DNA of 64,000 nt from Macrostomum lignano. Lineage: Eukaryota. Positions 35,238-46,434 of this stretch are shown here, piece after piece. The stretch lies in NCBI GenBank assembly GCA_002269645.1, contig NIVC01002388.1:32762-96761 (forward strand), read 5' to 3'. The notes below the pieces were generated by a model. That model made no database searches, was not told the origin of the DNA, and saw only the letters and a program-made list of their open reading frames with translations. The stretch's first letter is position 1. Each line of letters begins with the position of its first letter. Position numbers and translations under genes: made by a program.

Positions 35238-35541
35238 ATGACCAGCCTGTGCATATTCAAAGACGGCGTATTCGACTGCCGTGCCCGCCTAGTCGGCCTG
35301 GACGCCCAGGCGCGAGCCGTTTACGCCCGCGCCGACTCCTGCGCTGTGCTGTCACGTCATGGCCGCTGGTGCTACGCAGACGGCCGCCTGGCCGAGAGCC
35401 TGCAGGCTGATGTGCTCGGCCGGACTCGCTGCCTGGCCGCCGGGCCGGATGGACTCTATTTGGTGGACGAGGCCGCCGGCCGGGTCAGCTTTCTGGCCTG
35501 GGGCCAGGCGGCCCTGCGCCCCATCACTCTGCCCAGTCCGG
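35238..35541 (+). CDS. ALS2: Alsin, exon 1 (N-terminus)
   Basis: ATG at 35238, GC3-rich; phase-1 donor G|GTGCGT joins exon 2 in frame. Assignment rests on phase and continuity more than on motifs. Confidence 0.7.
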
Positions 35542-35599
35542 GTGCGTTTTGCTAAGTCTTAAATTCGAACATGCTCAATTAGAGATTCCAATCATTTCT

Positions 35600-36660
35600 C
35601 TTCGGTATGAGTCTCCAATTCTAAGAAATCAATAATTTTGATTCTTCAGTTATAAGAAATCAAATTTGAGCCTCCGATTCTAAGAAATCATCAGTTTGAA
35701 CCATCGATTCTAAGAAACCATCAGTTTGAACATCCGATTCTAAGAAATCATCAGTTTGAACCTCCGATTCTAAGAAACCATCAGTTTGAACCATCGATTC
35801 TAAGAAACCATCAGTTTGAACATCCGATTCTAAGAAATCATCAGTTTGAACCTCCGATTCTAAGAAACCATCAGTTTGAACCATCGATTCTAAGAAATCA
35901 TCAGTTTGAACATCCGATTCTAAGAAATCATCAGTTTGAACCTCCGATTCTAAGAAACCATCAGTTTGAACCTCCGATTTTAAAAAATCATCAGTTTGAG
36001 CCTCCGATTCTAAGAAATCATCAGTTTGAACCTCCGATTCTAAGAAACCATCAGTTTGAACCTCCAATTTTAAGAAACCATCAGTTTGAACCTCCGATTC
36101 TAAGAAACCATCAGTTTGAACCATCGATTCTAAGAAATCATCAGTTTGAACATCCGATTCTAAGAAATCATCAGTTTGAACCTCCGATTCTAAGAAACCA
36201 TCAGTTTGAACCTCCGATTTTAAGAAATCATCAGTTTGAGCCTCCGATTCTAAGAAATCATCAGTTTGAACCTCCGATTCTAAGAAACCATCAGTTTGAA
36301 CCTCCAATTCTAAGAAATCATCAATCTAAACCTCCAATTCTAAGAAGTCATAAATTTGAACTTCCGATTCTAAGAAATCATCGATTTTAAGTCTTCGATT
36401 TTAGGAAATCATCAATTTGAATCTCTAATTTTAAGAAATCATTAATCTAAGCCTCCAATTCTAAGAAGTCATCAATTTGAACCTTCAATTCTAAGAAATC
36501 ATATATTTTAAGTCTTCGATTCTAAGAAATCATCAATTTGAACCTCTAATTCTAAGAAACCAATCTATTTTGAGGCTTTAAGCCCGAGAAATCATCTGTT
36601 TTAAGCTTTCAATTCCGATAAATCGATAATATCATGAAGTTGGACCTCCATTTCTAAGAA
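35600..36660. repeat. 30-bp minisatellite TTCTAAGAAATCATCAGTTTGAACCTCCGA in ALS2 intron 1
   Basis: Direct reading; homogeneous 35660-36300, progressively decayed to about 36660. Confidence 0.95.
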
Positions 36661-36757
36661 ATAATAATTTTTAGTAGCTCCAACTTACTTGCAATTAAAA
36701 TTAAATATCCACACTTCTGTATAAAATCCACATTCGGCCTCCTCGTTCCCTACGCAG

Positions 36758-38649
36758 GCCTGCGCATCGATTCCGTGGCCTGCAGCGAGCGTGCCGTCCT
36801 CCTGTTAACCGAGTGCGGCAACGTGTACAGCATGGGCTCCGGGCCCTGTCTCGGCCTGGGCGACACCGACCTCGCCAGGGTGGCCGCCAGCCCCGTGCAG
36901 CTGCGCGGCCTCAGCCGGATCTGCCAGATCGCCTGCGGCCGGCGCCACTGCCTGGCGCTGCGCAACAGCCACAGGAAGAACGCCGAGCTGGCCGGTACGG
37001 CCGCGTCCGGGCCCTGCCACCCGGACGACTCGGCCAGCCTGCCGTGGCTGGCCACATTCTCCAATTACACTAGCAGCTTCATCAGGTCCAGCATTCCCAG
37101 CTTCATTGCCGACCGTCTGCCCGCTGCCGCTGATCGGCCTCAGGAGCTGCTGCGGGCGACTCTGCTGGGTCGTCTGGTTGTCGGCAAGCAGCAGCCGCAG
37201 CAGCAGCCGCAGGCGTCGGCGCCTCAGCCGGTGCCGCAGCCTCGGCCTGGCGCGGCCAGTCGGGCGATCGGCGGCGGCGACAGTCAAGAGCGAGGCTCCA
37301 CGGCAGGCGCGGGCCTGTCAGCGGAGGAGGTCGCCCTGCTGGCTGACGAGGCGGCCCTGGCCAGCCTGGGCTTGGACCAGGCCTCTCTAGTGCTGGGAAA
37401 GCCGTCCTCTCAACAGCAGCACCAGCAGCAGTCCGTGTCCTCCAGCGCGCCATCCATGCTGAGGAACCTGCAGCTGGGCAGCGAGACCGTGCAATCGGCG
37501 CTGCACGAACGGTTGAAGAAAATCTCCAGCTTGTCGCAGATGTTCAGCCTGAGCCAGACCTCTGTAGACTCGGCTGGCGGCAGTTCCACGGCTGCTGCCG
37601 CCCCGGCTGCTACGACGACGACGACAACAACGGCTACTGCCGCTGCCTCGGGGGATCCCGACGCCGACGCTGGCCAGGAGGCATCGGTGGACTCAACCAG
37701 CACCTCGTCGGTGTTTGGCAGCTCGTCGAATCCTAGCGCCGTCCAGTCGCCAGAGAGGCGGCAGCAGCGGCAGCCGGACGAACCCGGCCAGGAGGAGCCG
37801 GCCGCGGCGGTTCGTCCGCGCTGGAAAGTCCGGCCGCCAGACAGCGGAGCGTCGGCCCGCGGGCAGCGCCGGGCCCGCCTGGAGCACGCCAGCCTGCACT
37901 GGAGCGAGAGCTCCGTGTACAGCTGGGGCGACAACTCGCACGGCCAGCTGGGACTGCAGGATCAGCCCGGCCTGCAGCTCAAACCGGTCTGCGTGCCCGC
38001 CCTGGAAGGTCGCGACGTTGTACGGCTGGTGGCCGGCGCCGCCCACTCGGTGGCACTGACTGGCTTCGGACAGGCGCTCACCTGGGGAGACAACAGCCAG
38101 CGCCAGCTGGGCAGGCGGACCGCCGTCGCCGCGGAGGACATGTCAGCGACCTCCAGCAGCAGCTCCTGCCAGCCGATGCCAGTGGAGCCGCCGGTTCCCT
38201 TCGTAGTATGGGACGTGGCCGCTCAGGACGACTGGACAGCTCTGACGGTGTACATTCGGCAGCAGCGGCCGGACGTTTTTGTCTTCGGTCACTGCGGCAG
38301 CGGACGGGCCAGCGCGATGGGCGACGAAAGCGGCGCAGGCGGTGTCGGCGGAGTCGCCGAAGAATCCGCATCGTCGTCGAAAAGCGAAAGCGGCAGCGGC
38401 GACGCGGCCCGGCTGACGGCGCTGCCTGCCGGCTGCTACGTGAGTCACGTGGCCTGCGCCGACCGAGTCTGCTGCTGCGTCGTGGTCGAAGAGGACGCCG
38501 AGAACAAGCGTCGGGCTGCTCCGCTGGCCGCCCGAGTGCTGCACGAGCTGCTAGCCGGAGAGAAGGCCTACCTGCAGCAGCTGGCCGTGCTGTACACCGC
38601 CTGCATCCAGCCGGTTATTCGGCGACGGGACTTGCACGAACAGATGCAG
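36758..38649 (+). CDS. ALS2: Alsin, exon 2 (RCC1-like repeats, low-complexity insert, start of DH)
   Basis: ctacgcag|GC; GNVYSMGSGPCLGLG, QIACGRRHCLAL, VYSWGDNSHGQLG, VAGAAHSVALT, LTWGDNSQRQLGR, LHELLAGEKAYLQQL; donor CAG|GTGAGT. Confidence 0.9.
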
Positions 38650-38656
38650 GTGAGTG

Positions 38657-38925
38657 CCTGTCACTGTGCTGTTGCATGCCTGTCACTGTGCTGTTGCATG
38701 CCTGTCACTGTGCTGTTGCATGCCTGTCACTGTGCTGTTGCATGCCTGTCACTGTGCTGTTGCATGTCTGTCACGGTGCTGTTGCATGCCTGTCACTGTG
38801 CTGTTGCATGTCTGTCACGGTGCTGTTGTCTGTCTGTCACGGTGCTGTTGCCTGTCTGTCACTGTGTTGTAACATAGCTGTCAAGGCACTCTAACATGCC
38901 TGTCAGGGTACTGTAACATGGCTCT
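38657..38925. repeat. 22-bp minisatellite TGTCACTGTGCTGTTGCATGCC at the start of ALS2 intron 2
   Basis: Direct reading; begins about 7 nt after the donor. Confidence 0.93.
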
Positions 38926-38955
38926 GCTCTTTATAATGTGTCACTTTGCTGTAAT

Positions 38956-39145
38956 TGTTATGACTTCTTCTCTAGCGGAAGACAGTGAGTCAAGATCAAC
39001 AAGGTCAACTTAAAAGTTGCACTCTTAGCAGAGCGTCTTATTTCATGTTCGTAACCTTCTTTTTATCTTTCAAGCTTGAAGCATCGCTTCTTTAGCTTAT
39101 GGCTGGGTGTGTGTGCGACGGAGTCGTCTATGGCCACACCCAACA
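38956..39145 (-). repeat. 3' LTR
   Basis: Differs from the 5' LTR at five positions by manual alignment. Confidence 0.95.
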
Positions 39146-39205
39146 TCTCCCCCCTTACAATGGCAAAGAAAGTTTTTTTTAAAGTTAATGCGGGAGGAAC
39201 AAATT

Positions 39206-42200
39206 TTAGCACTTATATTTAACTTTGGGTTTCTCCGAAAGTCGCATGCTTCTCCTGGGTTCAATTGTACCCTCGGGAACCTCAGGGATCGGAGGTGTAC
39301 GCAGATCCTTTTGTTGTGGAGGCCCCTCTTCTTGTTTTCTCCCTGCCTCGTGCTCGCCAGCTCCGGGTGGCATTCTGTCGGTTTCTGCGGGCTCCTCGCC
39401 GGTTAGACTGTACGGATGTAGCTGATCCAAGTGAACCTTCCGATACTTTGAGTCCGGTTCATCTGTCTTGATCATGGCCATGCTCCTTCCGATAGGCAAA
39501 AGCAGTTTTGCAGTGATTGGCTTGTCTCTCTCATTTTTGTAGATAACTGGATCCTCCAGTCCAACTTGCCTCTTGGTAAACGGAACCCTGAGCTTGTGCC
39601 CCAGCAGCTGTTCCGCTGGTGACGATCCCGCTTTGTTGTCTGATGCGCGATAAAACAGCAAGAAGCGGTCAACAGACTCTTGACTGAAGCCATTTGCTTT
39701 GATGCTTTCTTTTAGCGTGCGTACGAAACGCTCTGCAACCCCATTACTTTGTGGGTGATAAGCTGCAATAGTTAGGTGCTCACAGTCAATTCCTGCCAAC
39801 CACTCCGTAAACTCCTTGCTGATAAAGCATGGTCCGTTATCTGACACAAGTGTCCTTGGAATTCCAAGCTGAGAAAACGTCCTCCTAAGACACTGAATGA
39901 CCGTTCGAGAAGTCATATCTTTGGTGACGTGGACTTCAGGATACCCGCTGTACGAATCTACCAGAACGAGCATGTAGTGGTTGTCGATCGGTCCTGCAAA
40001 GTCGATATGAACACGATCCCAAGGACCCGCAGCTTCAGGCCAACTGGAGCGAAAATTCCTATTTTGCGGTTTTGCGGTCCTACAGATCTGGCACAAACCG
40101 ACTGTCCGTTCGATATCGCTGTCCATGGCTGGCCACCAAAACTCCGCACGAGCCAAGGACTTGGTGCGGGACATTCCCAAATGAACTTCGTGCACTGCTG
40201 CAATCGCTTTCATGCGTAAGGATTTTGGAATAACGATCCTGTGGCCTCGAAGAATAACATCGTCCTGAACGCAAAGTTCTTCTCGCACATTTTTGAAAGG
40301 TCGCAGCCTAGGGTGTTTGAAGCTTCCTGTCTTTATAGCGCTCTTCAGCAAGCGCATTTCGTTACACCGCTTCGTTGCTAGCCTGATTTCTTCCAGAGAC
40401 ACTGTAGTTGAAACCGTGTGAATGTTACCAATCTCTAGCGTTTCACCGCTTCTTCCTTGCGGAACCAATCTTGAGAGCGCGTCAGATGCCATAGCTTTAG
40501 ATTTACGATACTCGATCTCGTAATCGTACGCCGTGAGAAATATCGCCCATCTCTGCAGCCTTGCGGACACTCTCGATGGTAGCTCTTTGTCACAGGCTAA
40601 GATGTAAACGAGAGGTCGATGGTCGGTTATTAGCTTAAATTTTCTACCACAGAGAAAACGATGGCATCTTCTAACACCCCATATTATCGCAAGCGCTTCT
40701 CGCTCTATTTGCGAATAATTTCGCTCCGATGATGACAAAAGTTTGCTGATGTACAAGACAGGACGTCCTTGCTGACTCAGGACACCACCAAGGGCAATCT
40801 GCGAAGCGTCTACTTCGAGCTCAACCGGTAGCTTTGGGTCGTACGCATGCAAAGCAGCGTCTTCTGAAAGTGATTTCTGGATGTTTCTGAACGCATCTTG
40901 TTCTTTTGCGCCCCAACGAAACTCCACACCTTTGCGCTTCAGGTGCACCAACGGAGCCGATATTCCAGAAAGGTTTGGAATGAATCGCGAGCAGAACGTA
41001 ATCAGTCCGAGGAAGGATTCGAACTCGGAAAGATTCTTCGGAGTTTCCATTTCTTTGATCGCCCGCACTTTCTCTCCATCAGGATAAATGCGACCGCTGT
41101 CCAGAATATGACCCAAAAACCGGACTCGAGATAAATTCCGTTGGCATTTCTGATCATTTACCTTTAGCCCTTCCGATGCTAGACGGTAAAGTACTTGTTC
41201 TTTGCGTCCTTTCAACTCTGACTCATCGCTTCCACCAATTAATATATCGTCCATGTACGCTATTGTTCCGGGAATACCTTGGATCACTTGCGATATATAC
41301 CGTTGGAAAATACTCGGAGCCGTTTTTATTCCAAACACAAGTTTATTGTACTTAAAATTTCCAAATGGTGTCGACATCACGGTTAGCGGTTTAGATGCAT
41401 CGTCCAGCTCTACTTGGTTGTACGCTTTCTCTAGATCGATGATACTGTACCGAAAGCATCCCGCCACTGTTGAGAACGCTTCCTCTGGGGTCGGTGTCGG
41501 GTAGCTATCCGGGACCAGCTGTGGATTAAGCGTACTCTTATAGTCCACACATAGCCTGATACTGCCGTTGGGCTTGCCGACTACCACGACTGGAGACGCC
41601 CATTCCGAGAATTTCACAGCTTCGATTATACCTTCATCAAGTAAGCGATCCAATTCCTTTTTTACTGCTTCACGTTGAGCAAATGGTAACGGTCTTGCTT
41701 TTACATACTTTGGTACTGCTCCATCTTTAAGTTCCAAATGAGCTTTCATTGTAGTTGCACTTGCTGCCAGAGATGCCATATCCATGGAGACGTCCCCATT
41801 ATGTCCTGTGTCCAGCTGTACACAGAGAACATCTCGCCCCAGCAAGGCATAGCTCTTGCTGCCTTTCACTACCTCAAAGTCGATGCGCTGATATTTTCCA
41901 TTCAGTTCTACCACAGCTTCGTATCGACCTAATACCGTGAACTTGTGATCACTTACATAGCCACCCAGTTGTGTATTTGAGTTCTTAAGAGCTGGTCGAC
42001 CTAACTGTTTCCAGAGGGATTCTGACATTATGGACACACCCGCTCCGGTATCCAGCTCGCATGTCAGCGCGTATCTCTTTTGCCCTTCTAGTACGGACAC
42101 TGTGATGGAGATAGGCTTTCGGTGATCCCGATCTGGGCAGCAACTTTGCACTTCAGCGACAAATACTTCGGAATTTTCTTGAACATGTTTTACTGTTGAT

Positions 42201-43123
42201 TTACTCGTGCCACCGGTCTTTCTATGTGAAAAGTCTGAGCCTCTGCAGGCTTTGGCAAAATGATTAGCCTTGCCACACCGGTTGCAGGTCTTACCGTACG
42301 CTGGGCATTTAAACTTTTCATGATTGCCGCCACACTTCTTGCACAGCCGATCCGCCACTGCCGGAGTTTTGAAATCCTTCGACTTGGACCCTGGTTTCCG
42401 CGTTGAGACTTTCAGAACTGTTCCAGAATCTGATTTCGGAGTTGTCTTCATTATCTGCGTTTCCAGCAAACTTGAATGGGCTTCTGCTTCTGCTACCGCC
42501 TCTTTAAATGTGAGTGTTTTATGATCCTTGATGATCAGCTTTCCAACTATGGCTTGACTGCCAAGACCGCATATGAATTGGTCACGCATTCTCACATCTC
42601 TGTTTTCAAACTCACATTTCTCAGATGCTTTTATTAGTCTTTCTGCAAAAGCTCTTACTGGCTCATTGGGTTCACGGCCAATTTTTTGAAATGTAAATCT
42701 TTCGGCCAACACATATGTCGTGGGTATTAACAGTTCTTGTAGTGCTCCTGTTAGTTCCTCAAACGACATCTTGCCAGGCTTCTTTGGAGACACATAGTCC
42801 GCTAGCTTATTGTAGAGAGCAGGTGACATTCGCATCAGCAGGACATAAGCTCGTGCAGATGCGTCCCAGTTAAACAGGGTGGCTCCGATCTCAAAACGGT
42901 CGAGCCAACGATCCAGAAAGGTTGACTCCTCCAACCTTTCAATCTCAGACATACCTGAGGTTTGGCGACTGCTCTGAGTGGCGTTCTGGGCTTGAGCATC
43001 CCTTTCAGTTGCTTGGGACTGTGACCGGTTTTGAGAACCTCCTCCATTACGGCTTGGAGAGATCCCAGCAGACTTGGCCGCTGACTTCGTCGGATCTGCA
43101 GACTTCGTCGGATCCTTGCTCAT
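39206..43123 (-). CDS. Gag-Pol polyprotein (gag, two Cys/His knuckles, protease, RT, RNase H, integrase), 1305 aa
   Basis: CKKCGGNHEKFKC and CNRCGKANHFAKAC; LDTGAGVS; YMDDILI; VDAS..LGGVL; HEVHLG...CQIC; HIDFAGP, SDNGPCF, SNGVAERFVRTLK. Order PR-RT-RH-IN is Gypsy. Confidence 0.96.
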   Translation of the reverse strand: MSKDPTKSADPTKSAAKSAGISPSRNGGGSQNRSQSQATERDAQAQNATQSSRQTSGMSEIERLEESTFLDRWLDRFEIGATLFNWDASARAYVLLMRMSPALYNKLADYVSPKKPGKMSFEELTGALQELLIPTTYVLAERFTFQKIGREPNEPVRAFAERLIKASEKCEFENRDVRMRDQFICGLGSQAIVGKLIIKDHKTLTFKEAVAEAEAHSSLLETQIMKTTPKSDSGTVLKVSTRKPGSKSKDFKTPAVADRLCKKCGGNHEKFKCPAYGKTCNRCGKANHFAKACRGSDFSHRKTGGTSKSTVKHVQENSEVFVAEVQSCCPDRDHRKPISITVSVLEGQKRYALTCELDTGAGVSIMSESLWKQLGRPALKNSNTQLGGYVSDHKFTVLGRYEAVVELNGKYQRIDFEVVKGSKSYALLGRDVLCVQLDTGHNGDVSMDMASLAASATTMKAHLELKDGAVPKYVKARPLPFAQREAVKKELDRLLDEGIIEAVKFSEWASPVVVVGKPNGSIRLCVDYKSTLNPQLVPDSYPTPTPEEAFSTVAGCFRYSIIDLEKAYNQVELDDASKPLTVMSTPFGNFKYNKLVFGIKTAPSIFQRYISQVIQGIPGTIAYMDDILIGGSDESELKGRKEQVLYRLASEGLKVNDQKCQRNLSRVRFLGHILDSGRIYPDGEKVRAIKEMETPKNLSEFESFLGLITFCSRFIPNLSGISAPLVHLKRKGVEFRWGAKEQDAFRNIQKSLSEDAALHAYDPKLPVELEVDASQIALGGVLSQQGRPVLYISKLLSSSERNYSQIEREALAIIWGVRRCHRFLCGRKFKLITDHRPLVYILACDKELPSRVSARLQRWAIFLTAYDYEIEYRKSKAMASDALSRLVPQGRSGETLEIGNIHTVSTTVSLEEIRLATKRCNEMRLLKSAIKTGSFKHPRLRPFKNVREELCVQDDVILRGHRIVIPKSLRMKAIAAVHEVHLGMSRTKSLARAEFWWPAMDSDIERTVGLCQICRTAKPQNRNFRSSWPEAAGPWDRVHIDFAGPIDNHYMLVLVDSYSGYPEVHVTKDMTSRTVIQCLRRTFSQLGIPRTLVSDNGPCFISKEFTEWLAGIDCEHLTIAAYHPQSNGVAERFVRTLKESIKANGFSQESVDRFLLFYRASDNKAGSSPAEQLLGHKLRVPFTKRQVGLEDPVIYKNERDKPITAKLLLPIGRSMAMIKTDEPDSKYRKVHLDQLHPYSLTGEEPAETDRMPPGAGEHEAGRKQEEGPPQQKDLRTPPIPEVPEGTIEPRRSMRLSEKPKVKYKC

Positions 43124-43172
43124 TATGAGCTTGAACGTCTGACCGTCAGGTTACGATTGCTTGCGACGCCAC

Positions 43173-43362
43173 TGTTATGACTTCTTCTCTAGCGGAAGAC
43201 AGTGCGTCAAGATCAACAAGGTCAACTTAAAAGTTGCACTCTTAGCAGAGCGTCTTATTTCATGTTCGTAACCTTCTTTTTATTTTCCAAGCTTGAAGCA
43301 TTGCTTCTTTAGCTTATGGCTGGTTGTGTGTGCGACGGAGTCGTCTATGGCCACACCCAACA
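43173..43362 (-). repeat. 5' LTR
   Basis: See the element entry. Confidence 0.95.
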
Positions 43363-43504
43363 GTAATCTTTGCTGTAACTGTTTTTAGCCACTGTCAGTT
43401 CTGTAAAGAAAGCTTATCGAAAGTTCACTTTTTATTTAATTGTATAAAATTGCATTAAAAAACCGTCAAAAAATTGCATCGGCAGTATCTGCAATACATT
43501 TCAG

Positions 43505-44254
43505 GAAAACGCCTGGGGCAGCGCAATGCTCAGCCTGTTTGACAGCACCGTGCACCTGTTGCACCTGGCCTATCTCAACTGCCAGCACCTCACCCGGGTG
43601 CTCAAAGGCGAGCTCGACCTCGCCGACACGCCGATGTTCGGCTGGCGCGACTCCTTCCTGGGCAAATTCGAATTCCACTTGGCCAGCTACGCCGACTGCT
43701 TGGCCGTCAACGCCTTCGCCAGCCTGTTGAAGTCTGCCGACTCCGTCATCGACGATCGCCAGCTGTTCGCCGGCCTGGCCCCGCTGCCGGCCAAAGGCGA
43801 GGAGCGCCTGGAAGCGGTGCGAAACCGGTTCCAGGAGCCCCTCCGCCGCCTGGACACCTACCGGAGCCTGCTGCGCCAGCTGGTGCCTTCGCCGAATCCG
43901 CCGCAACATTCGCCAGATGATGACGAAGACGACCAGCACCACAGCAATGACGAAGACATCGGCGCTGACAAGCCCGACGACGCCGGCGACAGTGACGAGC
44001 CGTCCGGTCTGGACGCGGCCTGGAATCTGCGCATGTCGCTGGACAAGCTGGCCGAGCGCCGCGAGTCCGAGCTGCAACACGCGGCTGTCACTGTTGAGCG
44101 CTACCTGAGCCTGAGCAGCAAGGCTATGAACCAGCTGCTCAAGCCCAAACGGAGGCTGCTGTTTGATAGTAAATCCGCGCCTGCCTATGGGTCTAAGAGT
44201 TTGCGCGGCTCCAGCTCCACTGTCTACCTGCTGTTCGATGATGCCTTTGTGCAG
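43505..44254 (+). CDS. ALS2: Alsin, exon 3 (DH domain, start of PH)
   Basis: catttcag|GAA, phase 0; EPLRRLDTYRSLLRQL; RRLLFDSK; YLLFDDAFVQ|GTGCGA. Confidence 0.88.
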
Positions 44255-44339
44255 GTGCGACTGGGCTGATTGAAACCCTATGCTGATCTTATCAATATGT
44301 AACTGGCTCGGCTGCTTGCCATCTTCCCATCTTTACCTA

Positions 44340-45432
44340 GTTATCTAGCTTGACCCATCTGGCTAGCTTGACACATCTAACTAGCTTGATCTATCTCGCT
44401 AGCTTGACCCATCTGGCTAGCTTGACCCATCTGGCTAGCTTGACCCATCTGGCTAGCTTGACCCATCTGGCTAGCTTGACACATCTAACTAGCTTGATCT
44501 ATCTCGCTAGCTTGACCCATCTGGCTAGCTTGACCCATCTGGCTAGCTTGACCCATCTGGCTAGCTTGACACATCTAACTAGCTTGATCTATCTGGCTAG
44601 CTTGACCCACCTGACTAGCTTGACCCATCTGGCTAGCTTGACCCACCTGACTAGCTTGACCCATCTGGCTAGCTTGACCCACCTGGCTAGCTTGACCCAT
44701 CTGACTAGCTTGATCTATCTGGCTAGCGTGACCCACTTGACTAGCTTGACCCACCTGGCTAGTTTGACCCATCTGACTAGCTTGACCCACCTTACTGGCT
44801 TGACCCACCTGGCTAGCTTGACCCATCTAACTAGATTGACCTATCTGGCTAGCTCGACCCATCTGGCTAGCTTGACCCATCTGGCTAGCTTGACCCACCT
44901 GACTAGCTTGACCCATCTGACTAGCTTGACCCATCTGACTAGCTTGACCCATCTGACTAGCTTGATCTATCTGGCTAGCTTGACCCACTTGACTAGCTTG
45001 ACCCACCTGACTAGCTTGACCCACCTGACTAGCTTGACCCATCTGGCTAGCTTGACCCATCTGACTAGCTTGACCCACCTGGCTAGCTTGACCCACCTGA
45101 CTAGCTTGACCCACCTGACTAGCTTGACCCATCTGGCTAGCTTGACCCATCTGACTAGCTTGACCCACCTGGCTAGCTTGACCCACCTGACTAGCTTGAC
45201 CCACCTGACTAGCTTGACCCACCTGACTAGCTTGACCTATCTAACTAGCTTGACCTATCTGGCTAGCTTGACCCATCTGGCTAGCTTGACCCATCTGGCT
45301 AGCTCGACCCACCTGGACATGGCTAGCTCGACCTATCTGGCTAGCTTGACCCATCTGGCTAGCTCAACCCACCTGGACATGGCTAGCTTGACCCACCTGA
45401 CCAACTTTGACCCAGTTCTCTAGCTTGACCCA
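44340..45432. repeat. 18-bp minisatellite TTGACCCA(T/C)CTG(G/A)CTAGC in ALS2 intron 3
   Basis: Direct reading, about 60 units. Confidence 0.96.
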
Positions 45433-45468
45433 CCACTTATTAGCCTCTATCCAACGACCTACCCGAAG

Positions 45469-45792
45469 GTCCACGGCTCCAGCGTGACCGCCTGGCCCCT
45501 GGCCGTGCTCTGGCTGGACGTGCAGGATGCGCAGAGCTCGTCGGGCTCGTCGGGAGGTTCGCCCTCGGCCTCGCCTCACTCGGCAGACGGGCAGGCCAAG
45601 CTGGTGCTGTTGAAAACGCCCGAGGACACGCTGAAGCTGTACTTCGCCAGCTGGGAGGACAAGACCACCTGGATCACCAACCTGTACCGGGCGATCAACA
45701 CTGTGGTAAACAGCAATGTGCTGTCGCAGCGCCGATCCACCGCCCTGACCGTTGGCCCGCCGGAGCAGCGCTACGGAGTCTACACCTTTAAG
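45469..45792 (+). CDS. ALS2: Alsin, exon 4 (PH domain)
   Basis: In-frame AAG acceptor; WPLAVLWL, LKTPEDTLKLYFASWEDKTTWITNLYRAI, RYGVYTFK|GTAGGG. Confidence 0.85.
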
Positions 45793-46434
45793 GTAGGGAG
45801 GGTGTCAGTTAGTATTTGGAGTTTTCAGGGAGGGCCAGCGAGACAACCTGCGATTCAGGCACTGCCCCGTTTCCGCAGTCTCGTATGAAAGCATTCTCTT
45901 TATTGCTCTCTTCTAGAAGAGAGCGACCGCCGCCGCCGGTCGATCTGGAACTCCTAAACGATCGAGTAGTATTATTCGCTTTGGCCCTAAAAAGCCAACT
46001 GAGGTGACAACGCGGATGGAAGGGGCGCCCAAGTGCTCTTTATTTTGCCATTTAATCTCGGATACAGGCAGATTTTTGTGCGCTTATGATGCTACTTATT
46101 ATATTATAGTAGTACGAATGGGTCGCCTTTTTTAATTACGTGAACAGCAGACATTTCACCTTAAAATCAATAATTTACCTGTTTCTTAGAAAATATTGAA
46201 GAAACTTAAAAAATAAAAAAGATGACAATTTACATCGGCAATAAACCCTAAATTAATTGCATGGCATTACAAGATTAGAAAATTACTTAATCAGCTGATT
46301 CTACGATTCTACGATTCTAATATTAATAATTTAATATGCAAGTAATTTAAACTGAATTATTACTTGTCAATTGATTTGCATGACGAATCTATGATTTTAA
46401 TAAGAATGCTTTATGACTTTGAATTCGAACCCAG

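Larger units (their letters stand above)
38956..43362 (-). mobile_element. Complete Ty3/Gypsy LTR retrotransposon (Mag-like), 4407 bp, antisense in ALS2 intron 2
   Basis: 190-bp TG...CA LTRs at 38956-39145 and 43173-43362; TSD GTAAT at 38951-38955 and 43363-43367; PPT AAGGGGGGAGA at 39146-39156; PBS TGGCGTCGCAAGC at 43159-43171. Confidence 0.96.

Noticed and set aside
44350-45423. (LTHLAS)n ORF as an extra ALS2 exon
   Set aside because: Separated from exon 3 by an in-frame stop right after the donor; exons 3 and 4 join in phase 0 and restore the alsin PH motif without it.
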